From Lachnospiraceae bacterium (lineage in GTDB: Bacteria; Bacillota; Clostridia; Lachnospirales; Lachnospiraceae), in assembly GCA_963661545.1 (NCBI GenBank), contig CAVLCU010000001.1, positions 51-64,050 of the forward strand: a DNA stretch of 64,000 bases. The letters run 5' to 3'. Of this stretch, positions 41,274-51,123 are shown piece by piece. The notes beneath the pieces were generated by a model. The model was not told the origin of the DNA, did no database searches, and saw only the letters and a program-made list of their open reading frames with translations. Numbering within the stretch: the stretch's first letter is position 1; each line of letters opens with the position of its first letter. Both the position numbers and the translations under genes were made by a program.

Positions 41274-42289
41274 GGCGGCTCCTTTCTCAAGAGCTGACGG
41301 ACATAATCCCCCAACTCGCTCCAGACCAAATCCTCTATATATCCCTTTCCGCTTCGACTGGTGCTGTGGTAGGGAAGCTTAATCTTCTGGATTTTATCCA
41401 GAATGGTCTGATACTCCCAGATCCGCAGCAGATTCTCGAATTGGGCCAGCTTGGCTGCAGACACGGCATCCCCCCGCACCGGCAGGTAGATGCGATGGCA
41501 AATATCCAGAATCTGACAGATGTCCTGGACCCCGTCTCCCAGATCCAGAATCAATATCTCATAGGTGCTGTTACCTATGATTTCCCGAAAGAGACCAATC
41601 CACTCAGCTGCTGCAGTTGATTGAATATCCAGAGGAGACAGAGCCGGAGGCACATAATCCAGATTCTGCAGGGATTGAACCATAGCTCCCAGCCGGTGGA
41701 TCACATTGGCATTTTCCCGGCGGACATAGTAGAGCAGGTCTCCCAGATTCCTCTCATAGGTCTCCCCCAGCAGCTGCTCAAAGCCGGAATAGGACTCCAG
41801 ATTCAGGTAGAGGGTTGCCTGCTCCCGGGCCAGAATCTGTCCCAGGGTCAGGGCAAAGGAGGTCTTCTGGGTCCGCCCCACGGGGCTATAGACACCGATG
41901 ATGCGGGTATTTCTCTTGGAAATGGGCAGATAGTCGGCCAAAACTTCCTCGGCTCCATAGCAGTCCATCACCTCCCGAACCACCTGGTCCGAGGACTGGT
42001 ACTTGTAGATACTGGGATATTGGTCCAGCTCCGGGTGAGGAGCCCCCTCCGTCAAGATCAGCAATTTGCCCACCTGCAGATGACGAACCTCCTCGCACAT
42101 GGCCTTATCCGAGATCAGCAGGATCTCTATGGGCTGATTCTTGGCAGATTGACAGAGAGTCTCCACGGAGGTAAAGGCCTGAACCTCAAAGGGCAGATTC
42201 CGTCTCTGGTTCAGATATTCCATGAAATGACAGGCATATTCCACCTCCAGATCACAGACGGCAAATATATTCTTCTTTCTCTGCTTCAA
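41270..42289 (-). CDS. CpaE/TadZ-like receiver-like + ParA/MinD-type protein
   Basis: IIGVYSPVGRTQKT deviant Walker A, LYLNLE and ILDLG. TTG start overlapping the upstream stop. Confidence 0.75.
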   Translation of the reverse strand: MKQRKKNIFAVCDLEVEYACHFMEYLNQRRNLPFEVQAFTSVETLCQSAKNQPIEILLISDKAMCEEVRHLQVGKLLILTEGAPHPELDQYPSIYKYQSSDQVVREVMDCYGAEEVLADYLPISKRNTRIIGVYSPVGRTQKTSFALTLGQILAREQATLYLNLESYSGFEQLLGETYERNLGDLLYYVRRENANVIHRLGAMVQSLQNLDYVPPALSPLDIQSTAAAEWIGLFREIIGNSTYEILILDLGDGVQDICQILDICHRIYLPVRGDAVSAAKLAQFENLLRIWEYQTILDKIQKIKLPYHSTSRSGKGYIEDLVWSELGDYVRQLLRKEPP

Positions 42290-42801
42290 TAAACACCTCC
42301 CATCCACAACAGAACCCCCATCAGGATGGGAACGGAAAAATGCAGATGCTCCGCCCCCTCCCCGGCGCTGCGGTAAGGTTCTCTGATGCCTGTTGTGAAA
42401 TATTTTCTGATATAATCGGTAAAATAGAGCAGACGCGACAGCCAGCTGCCGCAGATTGACAGGATTGCGACGGAGAAGATTGCTCCGAAGAGAAAAGACC
42501 AGAAGATACAGGGCAGGATGGCCTCCCGGCCCATGATTCCCCCCAGAACGGATAATAGCTTAATATCTCCCGCCCCCAACATGCGGAAGCGAAAGAAGAT
42601 CCAAAGGATCAAAAGGGGAAGGCTAAAGCCCGCCACATAGGCCAGGGCTCCCCGCCCTCCTGGGTGAAAAAACTGGTAGCAAAAGCCCAGGATCCCGGCC
42701 ACCAGGATCCAGCCGTTGGAAATATGCTGGGATTTAAGATCCATCCCCACAGCTCCCACCGCCACCCAAAGAGCCAGGCAGCCAGGCAGAGACACAGACA
42801 T
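42286..42801 (-). CDS. A24-family prepilin peptidase (first gene of the Tad operon)
   Basis: MDLKSQHISN and LGAGDIKL catalytic aspartate motifs. Confidence 0.85.
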   Translation of the reverse strand: MSVSLPGCLALWVAVGAVGMDLKSQHISNGWILVAGILGFCYQFFHPGGRGALAYVAGFSLPLLILWIFFRFRMLGAGDIKLLSVLGGIMGREAILPCIFWSFLFGAIFSVAILSICGSWLSRLLYFTDYIRKYFTTGIREPYRSAGEGAEHLHFSVPILMGVLLWMGGVY

Positions 42802-43096
42802 ACAGACGCCCCCTCCCTCTATTCACCATAGAAATGATAAAAGGCAAAAAAACAAACAAGGGAAAACAAAAGAAAGCAAAGTCAGAAAAGAAAAAGCAAG
42901 TTTCTCAAAAGAATTGTTATCTGCTCATTTCAGAAGTGTAATTAAATATAGTGCTATTATAACACCCATTTATGATTTGTCCATAGAAATCCCAAGGAAA
43001 AAAAATATTTGTAACATTCCCACAAAAAACAGGATGACATTTGTGCACTTTGAAAGCCCCGGCCACTTTCCTCCTGTCTCCTGAGGCTTGACGCAA

Positions 43097-43128
43097 GGAG
43101 CCGGGGGGTGATCCCACCCCCCGGCTCC
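43097..43128. terminator. Strong hairpin downstream of the NRAMP-like gene
   Basis: GGAGCCGGGGGGTG-ATCC-CACCCCCCGGCTCC. Confidence 0.6.
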
Positions 43129-43138
43129 TCCATCCCTG

Positions 43139-44341
43139 CTAAAACAGGCTTGCTATACTTGAAAGTGATTTGATTCCGGAAAATGTCATAAATACCGTTA
43201 CCACCAAACACAATATCGTCAGCCAGATCGGATGCCTGTAGTCTCCTATAATGGATTTCTTTTTGAGTGCTAAAAGCATAATGATCAAGGTGACCGGCAG
43301 CACCAGTCCGTTCAGTGCTCCGGTAAGGATCAGCAAGCCCGCCGGCTTTCCCAGGAAGAGGAAGATCAGGCCGGAAAGCAGGATGAAGACGATACTCAGC
43401 TTACTTCGGTGATTTTCTATGGTTTCTGAAAAAGGAGCCAAAAAAGACATAGACGTATAGGAAGCTCCGATCACAGAGGAAACAGACGCAAACAGCATAA
43501 CGATACCAAAAAACTTATATCCTACCGTGCCTGCTGCCTGAAGAAAGGCATCCGCAGCCGGATTATCCGGATCAAGAGTGATTCCCTTTGATACCACGCC
43601 CAGGATTGCCAGGAACAATAAGATTCGGATCAGATTGGCCACGACGATCCCTATGATTGCCGACTTGTCCATCTGCTTCAGATTGTCTTTGCCGGAGATT
43701 CCCCCCTCCAGCAGCCTGTGACCTCCGGCAAAGGGATGGTAGCCACCGACTGTTCCGCCGATCACTGTCAATATAGCCATAAAGGGTATGGTCTCCGGCT
43801 GCAGGGTTCGGTAGAGTGCCTCGCCTACAGGGGGCTGCGTGGATATGGCTACAAAGGCAATAAGCAGGATCATCCCCACTCCCAGTATCTGAGTCAGCTT
43901 ATCCATCGCTTTTCCGGCTTCCTTCGACAGAAAAATGGCCACCGAAAGAAAGATCGAGAGGATGGTTCCTATTCGGATATCGATCCCAAAAATAACATTC
44001 AGACCCAGGGCACATCCGGCTACATTTCCTATGTTGAAGATAAAGCATCCGGCTACAATCAGAAAGGTCAGGACATATCCAAGTCCCGGAAAAACCATAT
44101 TGGCGATTTCCGGTCCCTTACGTCCCGAAACGCCGATTACCCTCCATACCGTGATCTGGACAACGATAGACATGAGAACAGCCACAAGAATCACAAAACC
44201 AAAGGTTCCCCCCAGTTCTTCTGTAAATGTGGCACTCTGTGTTAAAAAGCTAGGTCCCACCGCTGCCGTTGCCATAAGAAAGGCGGCGCCAAGTATGACT
44301 GACAGGTTCTTTTCCCCCTGTTTGTTCTCTCTTTTCTCCAT
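43139..44341 (-). CDS. NRAMP-superfamily transporter, YcsG-like
   Basis: GAAFLMATAAVGPSFLTQ, FNIGNVAG and GGTVGGY motifs; about 11 TM segments. Confidence 0.8.
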   Translation of the reverse strand: MEKRENKQGEKNLSVILGAAFLMATAAVGPSFLTQSATFTEELGGTFGFVILVAVLMSIVVQITVWRVIGVSGRKGPEIANMVFPGLGYVLTFLIVAGCFIFNIGNVAGCALGLNVIFGIDIRIGTILSIFLSVAIFLSKEAGKAMDKLTQILGVGMILLIAFVAISTQPPVGEALYRTLQPETIPFMAILTVIGGTVGGYHPFAGGHRLLEGGISGKDNLKQMDKSAIIGIVVANLIRILLFLAILGVVSKGITLDPDNPAADAFLQAAGTVGYKFFGIVMLFASVSSVIGASYTSMSFLAPFSETIENHRSKLSIVFILLSGLIFLFLGKPAGLLILTGALNGLVLPVTLIIMLLALKKKSIIGDYRHPIWLTILCLVVTVFMTFSGIKSLSSIASLF

Positions 44342-44353
44342 GTCGATCCCCCC

Positions 44354-45505
44354 TTATACCAAGGTGACCGCATGAAGGGGGCATAGCTGCTGGCATACCC
44401 CACAGCCGTCACATTTTGCCGGGTCGGCAAACCGCGCTCCCTCCTTTTCGCTGATGGCGCGATACATACATATTTTCTGACAAAGGCCGCAATTCGAACA
44501 GGCATGGGCATCGATCCGGGCATGCTTTGCCGGAAGCTTGGCCAGCTCTTCCACGGTTGTGATATCTTTTAAAGCGATTCCTCTTATCTCATCAAAGGAC
44601 TGATATCCTTTTTCATCCATCCACTGATTCAGGTCGTTTATGATCTTCGTGATTCTTTCATATCCGTTCCACATAAGGGCGGTACACAGCTGAACTGTTG
44701 TTGCTCCCAGCATAATATACTCTATCACCTCATGATAGCTATTTACCCCTCCTACAGCCGAAATCGGAAGATCTACCTTCTTTGCCACTTCCGAGAGGTG
44801 ACGCATAACGATGGGTTTGATGGCTGGTCCTGTATATCCCCCATAACCGCACAGATAGGGCTTGCCGGTCTCAATATCCACACCTGCAAAGGATCTGACC
44901 GAGTTGCTTATGGTGAGTCCGTCCGCACCTGCCTCCTTGGCGGCCTGGGCGATTTCCACCATATCGGCAACGTTAGGAGTCAGCTTCACGGTAAAGGGTA
45001 TCTTAGCCGCACTGCTTCCTGCCTTGACCTGCTGATAGGTTCTGTCCGCACTTTTTCCGATATGCATCCCTACGGTGGAAGCAGGCATGGGACAGGAAAC
45101 ATTCAGTTCCAGAAGATCTGCCATACCTGTAGATTGAATCTCTTCCACAAGCTTTGCCGTATCCTCCGGATCCGGCATGGCCAGAATACTGATATGCATG
45201 GTGGCGCCGCCTTCTTTGGCAATGGCAAGCTCCCTGGTAAGCCATTCATCTCTGGTCATTGTGGTAAAAAGCTCAAGATTGATCTGACCGATGGGCTTTC
45301 CCTGGTACCGATGCATAAAAATTCGCCCGTTACAGGGATGGGCGGCCCAGTCCTGTTTGGGTCCGATGGTCTTGGGAATCACCCCTCCTATCCCTGCCTG
45401 CGCCGCCAGCTTCATGCCCTCTCCGTCCCATCCCGGCGTTGCAGACGCAAGAACCAGCGGATTACGATAATTCACACCACAGTAATTTACAGTTAAATTT
45501 GCCAT
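44354..45505 (-). CDS. Dihydropyrimidine/dihydroorotate dehydrogenase-like flavoprotein (PreA-like) with 2x[4Fe-4S]
   Basis: NPLVLAS, KTIG, ELNVSCP, KLTPNV and GGYTGPAIKP; C-terminal CxxCxxCxxxC twice. Confidence 0.82.
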   Translation of the reverse strand: MANLTVNYCGVNYRNPLVLASATPGWDGEGMKLAAQAGIGGVIPKTIGPKQDWAAHPCNGRIFMHRYQGKPIGQINLELFTTMTRDEWLTRELAIAKEGGATMHISILAMPDPEDTAKLVEEIQSTGMADLLELNVSCPMPASTVGMHIGKSADRTYQQVKAGSSAAKIPFTVKLTPNVADMVEIAQAAKEAGADGLTISNSVRSFAGVDIETGKPYLCGYGGYTGPAIKPIVMRHLSEVAKKVDLPISAVGGVNSYHEVIEYIMLGATTVQLCTALMWNGYERITKIINDLNQWMDEKGYQSFDEIRGIALKDITTVEELAKLPAKHARIDAHACSNCGLCQKICMYRAISEKEGARFADPAKCDGCGVCQQLCPLHAVTLV

Positions 45506-45688
45506 ACATTTACTCTCCCTCTGATCTTATTCCTTGGCCAAGCCTTGGCTTTCCTGAAGTTTTTTCACGAGTAAGAGTTTAGCACAGCATTTTCCGTCAA
45601 GTCATTAGTACATAGTCCCAATCGATTTTTCTAAATTCTGTTTCAAGAGTCTAAACAGCCATCCTTTTCGGTCTAATCAGCCACCCTT

Positions 45689-47344
45689 TCACGGATCCAG
45701 CTTTAACTGACGTATTTTCAGGCACAGCTGCAGATCAAATAAGACCTCCGGAGAGGACAGACGAATCCCCAGAAGGCTTTCGATCTTGTCCAGCCTGTAG
45801 ATAATGGAATTTTTGTGAACATACATTTCTCCTGCGGTTTTTCTTAGATTCATCCCATTCTTAAAATACGTTTCTAAGGTATCCAGGAGTATGCCGTCGT
45901 TTTTCTCATCATAGGCTTCCAGTGGCTTCATGTATGTATCGTAAAATACTTTCATTGCCCGATCCTGCCTTAATTTTCCGATAAAGGTCAAACAGCCCAG
46001 CTGTTCAAAACAGAAAACACACTCTTTTTCTTTTCTGTTCAGATGTTCTCCTGCAGTCATTGCCTGATCTGCTTCTTCATAGCTTTCCGGGATTTCTTCC
46101 AGTCTGTTTTTTACCAACCCCATACCTGCGGTAAAATCCACCCTTCGAAAGGTTCTTTTTAAGCTTTTTATCGTAAGATAGAGAATATTTCGGAGTCTTT
46201 CTCTGTCATTGTCCCCCTGTATTTGCATCAGTCCTATGATTTTCACACCACTGGTCGTGATCAGATTGCCCATACGAGCCTCATCGATCCGCTGCAAAAG
46301 CTCTATCATCATATCCGCTTTCATTTTTTGGATGGAAGATTCAGAAAGCGCAGAATATTTCTGTTCAAAATCATGGATACCCAAGACAAATACGCAGCTT
46401 GGCTTCATAAAATCAAAGCCGGTAAACCTGCCTCTTTTGAGGATGATTTCCTCGTCTGTATATCTCTGGGAGAGCAAATCATCTAAGAGCTGTTCTCGAA
46501 CCTTCCTGTCCCTGTACAGGGTTTCCTGCTCCTTGAGGAGCTCCACAGCGATCAGCGTGCCCGCCTGTTCATAAGAAATACGTTCCTGATCATTGATTTC
46601 CTTTTCGCTTTTACAGAGAAAGTAGGCAAGATGGTCTTTTTGTGCAAATAGGGGTATGCATAAAAGCTCTTCCCCCTTTGACCCAAAGATCTGATTGCAC
46701 TTATTCTTTTTCATTCTTCGAAGCGTTGTGACCGAAAAATGAAAAGACCGAATCGTTTGGAGAAAATCATTCAGGTCTCCTTGCTTGTCTTTCGCCATGG
46801 ATATGCCAATCACATATCCCTTGGGACTTACGACTGCCGCACCTCCTCCTGCTATTTGGCTTAAAAAGGCACATATGCCCTCAATCCCCTTTCCCTCCAC
46901 AATGACCTGCAAAAGCTTTTCATGCAGCTCCTCATTCTGTCTCAGCATACCTACCTGCCACCTGGTAATATGATCCAGTATGGGAACGATACAGTCCATG
47001 TAGGGAAGATCAGCGGGAAGAATGAAAAGCGGAAAATCAAGCGCATTGGCCCGGTCAAGCATTTCTTTGGGAACCTCTTGCAGATATTCTCCCGGCTTTA
47101 TCGCAATTCCTGCCGCATCCTTTTCTTTGAGTGCATTCAGCAGTTTTACACCGTTTTTGGCGGTCCGAAAGGAGTATCCTGAAGTAAATAAGAGTTCCCC
47201 TCCGTGAAGCCACCGCTGGACATCCGGCACCTCCTGTATATTGGCGGAGGTCAATTTCCTGTTGATTCCTTTTTCCCCCGCCGCCAATTTTGCCCTTGAA
47301 AAGGGATAGATTTTCATTGCGTCCCTAACTGATATCCCGGCCAT
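45689..47344 (-). CDS. PucR-family transcriptional regulator
   Basis: N-terminal PucR domain (EVPDVQRWLHGGELLFTSG) and C-terminal HTH (MYVHKNSIIYRLDKI). Confidence 0.92.
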   Translation of the reverse strand: MAGISVRDAMKIYPFSRAKLAAGEKGINRKLTSANIQEVPDVQRWLHGGELLFTSGYSFRTAKNGVKLLNALKEKDAAGIAIKPGEYLQEVPKEMLDRANALDFPLFILPADLPYMDCIVPILDHITRWQVGMLRQNEELHEKLLQVIVEGKGIEGICAFLSQIAGGGAAVVSPKGYVIGISMAKDKQGDLNDFLQTIRSFHFSVTTLRRMKKNKCNQIFGSKGEELLCIPLFAQKDHLAYFLCKSEKEINDQERISYEQAGTLIAVELLKEQETLYRDRKVREQLLDDLLSQRYTDEEIILKRGRFTGFDFMKPSCVFVLGIHDFEQKYSALSESSIQKMKADMMIELLQRIDEARMGNLITTSGVKIIGLMQIQGDNDRERLRNILYLTIKSLKRTFRRVDFTAGMGLVKNRLEEIPESYEEADQAMTAGEHLNRKEKECVFCFEQLGCLTFIGKLRQDRAMKVFYDTYMKPLEAYDEKNDGILLDTLETYFKNGMNLRKTAGEMYVHKNSIIYRLDKIESLLGIRLSSPEVLFDLQLCLKIRQLKLDP

Positions 47345-47416
47345 ATTTCACCCCATTGCATTTCCCTGTGTTTTTGTTTATGATGGTAGACATATCAAAC
47401 CAGGAGGTTCCTTCCC

Positions 47417-48187
47417 ATGCCCACCCCCCCTATGAGGCTCTCTCTATCCGGCGCCCAGCTAAAATATCTGGCCTGCGCAGCCATGCTGGCAGACCACCTG
47501 TCCAAGGTCATCCCCCTGCCCCAGACCTTAAGCTTCTTCCTCAGCGGACTTCTGGGACGGATCGCCTTCCCCATCTTCTGTTTTCTGCTGGCGGAGGGCT
47601 TTTTCTATACTCACAGCCGGAAATGCTATATCCGCAACCTCCTGCTTCTGGCCCTGGTCTCGGAGCTTCCCTTCGACCTGGCCCTGCACCAAACCCTGGC
47701 GAAGGCTCCCCTGCTGATAGAATTCTCCCAGCAAAATACCTGCTTTACCCTCCTGTTGGGGCTTCTTCTCTTCTCCTGCCTGGACCGGATCCGGCAGCTG
47801 GCCATCTCCTTGCTCTTGTCACGGCTTCTGCAGGGCGCAGCCCTTCTTCTGGTCTGCGCTGCCGCCTGGATCCTTCATACCGACTACGGTCCCTGGGGCA
47901 TTCTCTGCCTGGCCGCCTGCTATCTCCTGCGAAAGAATCCCCCTTTCGCCGCCTTCTGGAGCTGCCTGCTCCTGAATCTGGATGGCCTGGCAGACTTCCA
48001 GGCTACCTGGATCCTGGCTCCGGAAAACTGTTTCAGTTCTCCCGGTGCCTTCCTGGCTCTGATCCCCCTGTCTTTCTACCAGGGAAGCCGGGGAAAACAG
48101 GTCAAATACGGCTTCTACCTCTTCTATCCCGGCCACCTGCTTCTCCTCTTCCTCCTTAGCCTGCTTCTGGGCGCAGGAGCCGCCTAA
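47417..48187 (+). CDS. TraX-family membrane protein (putative acyltransferase)
   Basis: LKYLA..AM..DH, GRIAFPIF..LLAEGF, SELPFD, DYG and FYLFYPGHL. Confidence 0.85.
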   Translation: MPTPPMRLSLSGAQLKYLACAAMLADHLSKVIPLPQTLSFFLSGLLGRIAFPIFCFLLAEGFFYTHSRKCYIRNLLLLALVSELPFDLALHQTLAKAPLLIEFSQQNTCFTLLLGLLLFSCLDRIRQLAISLLLSRLLQGAALLLVCAAAWILHTDYGPWGILCLAACYLLRKNPPFAAFWSCLLLNLDGLADFQATWILAPENCFSSPGAFLALIPLSFYQGSRGKQVKYGFYLFYPGHLLLLFLLSLLLGAGAA

Positions 48188-48194
48188 AGACAGA

Positions 48195-48247
48195 AGCAAG
48201 CCTCCCGGACGGCTCACCCCCAGGCAGGAGCAAGCCTCCCGGACGGC
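48195..48247. repeat. 19-bp direct repeat between the convergent traX-like gene and glgB
   Basis: AGCAAGCCTCCCGGACGGC at 48195 and 48229. Confidence 0.8.
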
Positions 48248-48280
48248 CAGGCTTCCCCAACCGAGGCTTGCAGGGTCTGC

Positions 48281-50188
48281 TTAGAAGCGGAAGACCGCCG
48301 CCCCATATCCGGGCAGGTCGTAACCGATGGAAAATGGCTGTCCATCGCACTCCCCCTTGGTGGCCCGATAGACCGGCCGGGCCTCGTGGTCTCCCCCGTA
48401 TTTGGGACAATGACTGTCCAAAACCAGGGTATATTGCTTCTTCTTGGGCACACCCACCCGATAATCCGGCCGGGCCACCGGGGTAAAATTGCAGACAAAG
48501 AGGAGATGGTTTCTGCCCGTGGGAGACCAGCGAATGAAGCTGAAGATGCTCCGGTCACTGTCATCGGCATTGATCCACTGGAAACCCTCATATCCGGCAT
48601 CATTGCCATACAAAGCCGGATACTTCCGGTACAAGGCCAGCAGATCCTTCACGTAAGCCTGCAAATGCGCATTGTCCTTCTCCTGCAAAAGGAACCAATC
48701 CAGTTCCCTCTCCTCGCTCCATTCCCGGAATTGCCCGATATCCTGCCCCATGAAGAGGAGCTTCTTCCCCGGATGACCCATCATATAGGTGTATCCAACC
48801 CTCAGATTTTGGAACTTCTCTCTTCCCTCTCCCGGCATCTTGTTGATCATAGAACATTTCAGATGCACCACCTCATCGTGGGACAGAACCAGGACATAAT
48901 TCTCGCTGAAGGCATAGGTCAGGGAGAAGGTCATCTTGTTATGGTTGAACTTACGGAAATAGGGATCCAGCTTCATATATTCCAGGAAATCATGCATCCA
49001 GCCCATATTCCATTTCAGGGTAAAGCCCAGACCACCCTCATGGACATCTCCTGTCACCTTGGGCCAGGCTGTGGACTCCTCGGCAATCATCATTACCCCC
49101 TTATTCCGTCCCGTCACCAGGGAATTCAGATGCTTAAAGAATTCCACCGCCTCCAGGTTCTCCTTGCCCCCGTACTGGTTGGGAATCCACTGGCCATCCT
49201 GCCGTCCGTAATCCAGATAGAGCATGGAAGCCACCGCATCCACCCGCAGGCCGTCTACATGGAACTCCTCCACCCAATACAGGGCATTGGCCAGGAGGAA
49301 GTTCTTCACCTGGGGCCGTCCGTAATTGAAGATCTTGGTTCCCCAGTCCGGATGCTCTCCCCGCCGGGGATCGGCATGCTCATAGACCGCATCTCCGTCA
49401 AATTCCGCCAGCCCATGGGCATCCTTGGGAAAATGAGCGGGCACCCAGTCCAGGATGACCCCGATCTTATTCTTATGGAGATAATCTACCAGATATTTGA
49501 AGTCCAGGGGACTTCCATACCGGGAGGTAGGGGCATAATAGCCGGTTACCTGATAACCCCAGGAGCCGTCATAGGGATATTCGGCGATGCCCATAAGCTC
49601 CACATGGGTATATCCCATATCCTTTACATATTCCGTCAAGGCCCGAGCCAGCTGCCGGTAATTGTAGAAGCCCTCCGGATTCTCCTCCGTGGCTGGATTC
49701 TTCTTCCAGGAACCGGGATGCACCTCATAGATGGCCATAGGGGAGGTCTTGGGTGAAAAGGACTGGCGCTTGTCCATCCAGGCTCCGTCCCCCCAGGAAT
49801 AACCGTCAATGCGGGCAATGCGGGAGGCGGTGCCAGGTCTTTTCTCGGCATAAAAGGCATAGGGGTCCGCCTTATAGAGACCTCTCCCGTCCCGGGCATG
49901 GATATAATATTTGTAGAGGTCTCCCTCCCTGGCCTCCGGCACAAAGCACTCATAGATTCCCATGTCCGCAATCTTATCCATGGGATTCTTGTCCGGCTCC
50001 CAGTCATTGAATTCCCCTACGACAGACACGGCCTGGGCATTGGGGGCCCATACCGCAAACCAGACCCCCTCTATGCCCTCCCTTTCTCCCGGATGGGCTC
50101 CCATCTTCCTGTAAATCTCATAATGGGTGGCCTGTCCGAATAAATATTGATCCAGTTCGCCGAAATATTCCTGCTCTTTTTCCATCAT
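48281..50188 (-). CDS. glgB: 1,4-alpha-glucan branching enzyme (GH13)
   Basis: FAVWAPNA, SWGYQ, DWVPAHF, DGLRVDAVASM, IAEES and LSHDEVVH. Confidence 0.97.
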   Translation of the reverse strand: MMEKEQEYFGELDQYLFGQATHYEIYRKMGAHPGEREGIEGVWFAVWAPNAQAVSVVGEFNDWEPDKNPMDKIADMGIYECFVPEAREGDLYKYYIHARDGRGLYKADPYAFYAEKRPGTASRIARIDGYSWGDGAWMDKRQSFSPKTSPMAIYEVHPGSWKKNPATEENPEGFYNYRQLARALTEYVKDMGYTHVELMGIAEYPYDGSWGYQVTGYYAPTSRYGSPLDFKYLVDYLHKNKIGVILDWVPAHFPKDAHGLAEFDGDAVYEHADPRRGEHPDWGTKIFNYGRPQVKNFLLANALYWVEEFHVDGLRVDAVASMLYLDYGRQDGQWIPNQYGGKENLEAVEFFKHLNSLVTGRNKGVMMIAEESTAWPKVTGDVHEGGLGFTLKWNMGWMHDFLEYMKLDPYFRKFNHNKMTFSLTYAFSENYVLVLSHDEVVHLKCSMINKMPGEGREKFQNLRVGYTYMMGHPGKKLLFMGQDIGQFREWSEERELDWFLLQEKDNAHLQAYVKDLLALYRKYPALYGNDAGYEGFQWINADDSDRSIFSFIRWSPTGRNHLLFVCNFTPVARPDYRVGVPKKKQYTLVLDSHCPKYGGDHEARPVYRATKGECDGQPFSIGYDLPGYGAAVFRF

Positions 50189-50273
50189 ATTCTATTCTCT
50201 CTTTCTGCCGTCTATCAAAGAAATCTGCCGCATCCCCCTGCAGCCCTTTGCGCAGCCTGTTTTCCACCCCAAC

Positions 50274-51038
50274 TTACACTTGGAAGAGCCTCCTGGCATT
50301 CTCCTGCGTCACTGCCATTACCTTCTCCCCATCCATTCCCTTCAAACGGGCAATCTCCTGCACCACATAAGGAAGATACAAGGAAGAATTCCTCTTGCCC
50401 CGGTTGGGCTCCGGTGCCAGATAGGGACTGTCCGTCTCCAGCAAAATATGGGAAATAGGAGCATATTCCACCACTTCCCTGAGTTTGCGGGCATTTCGAA
50501 AGGTGACCACCCCGCCGATTCCCAGATAAACCCCCATATCCAGGTATTCCCGCGCCATTTCTTTGCTATAGGAAAAGCAGTGCATGACCCCGCCAATGTC
50601 GGCCAATCTGCCCCTTTTGGCTGTCTCCAGGGTATCGGCCGCCGCCTCCCGGCTGTGGATAATCACCGGCAGCTTCTCCTGCCTGGCCAGCTCCAGTTGG
50701 CCTTCAAACCAATGGATCTGTACCTCTTTGGTCTCTGTCATCCAATGATAATCCAGACCAATCTCGCCTACTGCCACCGTCTTCTTCCTGTGGCAGAGCT
50801 CCCGCAGCCGATCCATTACCCTTTCGTTCATGCAGCCTACATGATCCGGATGGATGCCCACTGCCCCATAGACAAAGTCATACCTATCCATCAGCTGGGG
50901 CGTGGTCTCCAGGCTCTCCGGATCCGCGCAGACATTGATTACAGCGCCGATTCCCTGTCCCGGCAGGGAGGCCAGAAGGGCATCCCTGTCTCCGTCAAAT
51001 GCCCCATCGTCATAATGGGCATGTGTCTCAAATATCAT
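50274..51038 (-). CDS. tatD: TatD-family hydrolase
   Basis: THAH, GIHP, GEIGLDY, HSR, HCFS and ETDSPYL. Confidence 0.93.
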   Translation of the reverse strand: MIFETHAHYDDGAFDGDRDALLASLPGQGIGAVINVCADPESLETTPQLMDRYDFVYGAVGIHPDHVGCMNERVMDRLRELCHRKKTVAVGEIGLDYHWMTETKEVQIHWFEGQLELARQEKLPVIIHSREAAADTLETAKRGRLADIGGVMHCFSYSKEMAREYLDMGVYLGIGGVVTFRNARKLREVVEYAPISHILLETDSPYLAPEPNRGKRNSSLYLPYVVQEIARLKGMDGEKVMAVTQENARRLFQV

Positions 51039-51123
51039 GGTTTCTCTCCCCTATGGTCCCTGCCTTGCTCCGGCCAGACTTCTATCGGCTGACCCTTTGC
51101 TCCTGCCCGGCTGCACGGGTTGA

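Noticed and set aside
42802..43138. c-di-GMP riboswitch ahead of the Tad operon
   Set aside because: No GEMM-like consensus recognised; only an AT-rich promoter region and a hairpin.
47417..48187. TraX as evidence of a conjugative element
   Set aside because: TraX-family genes are commonly solitary in Firmicutes; no relaxase, T4SS or integrase is nearby.
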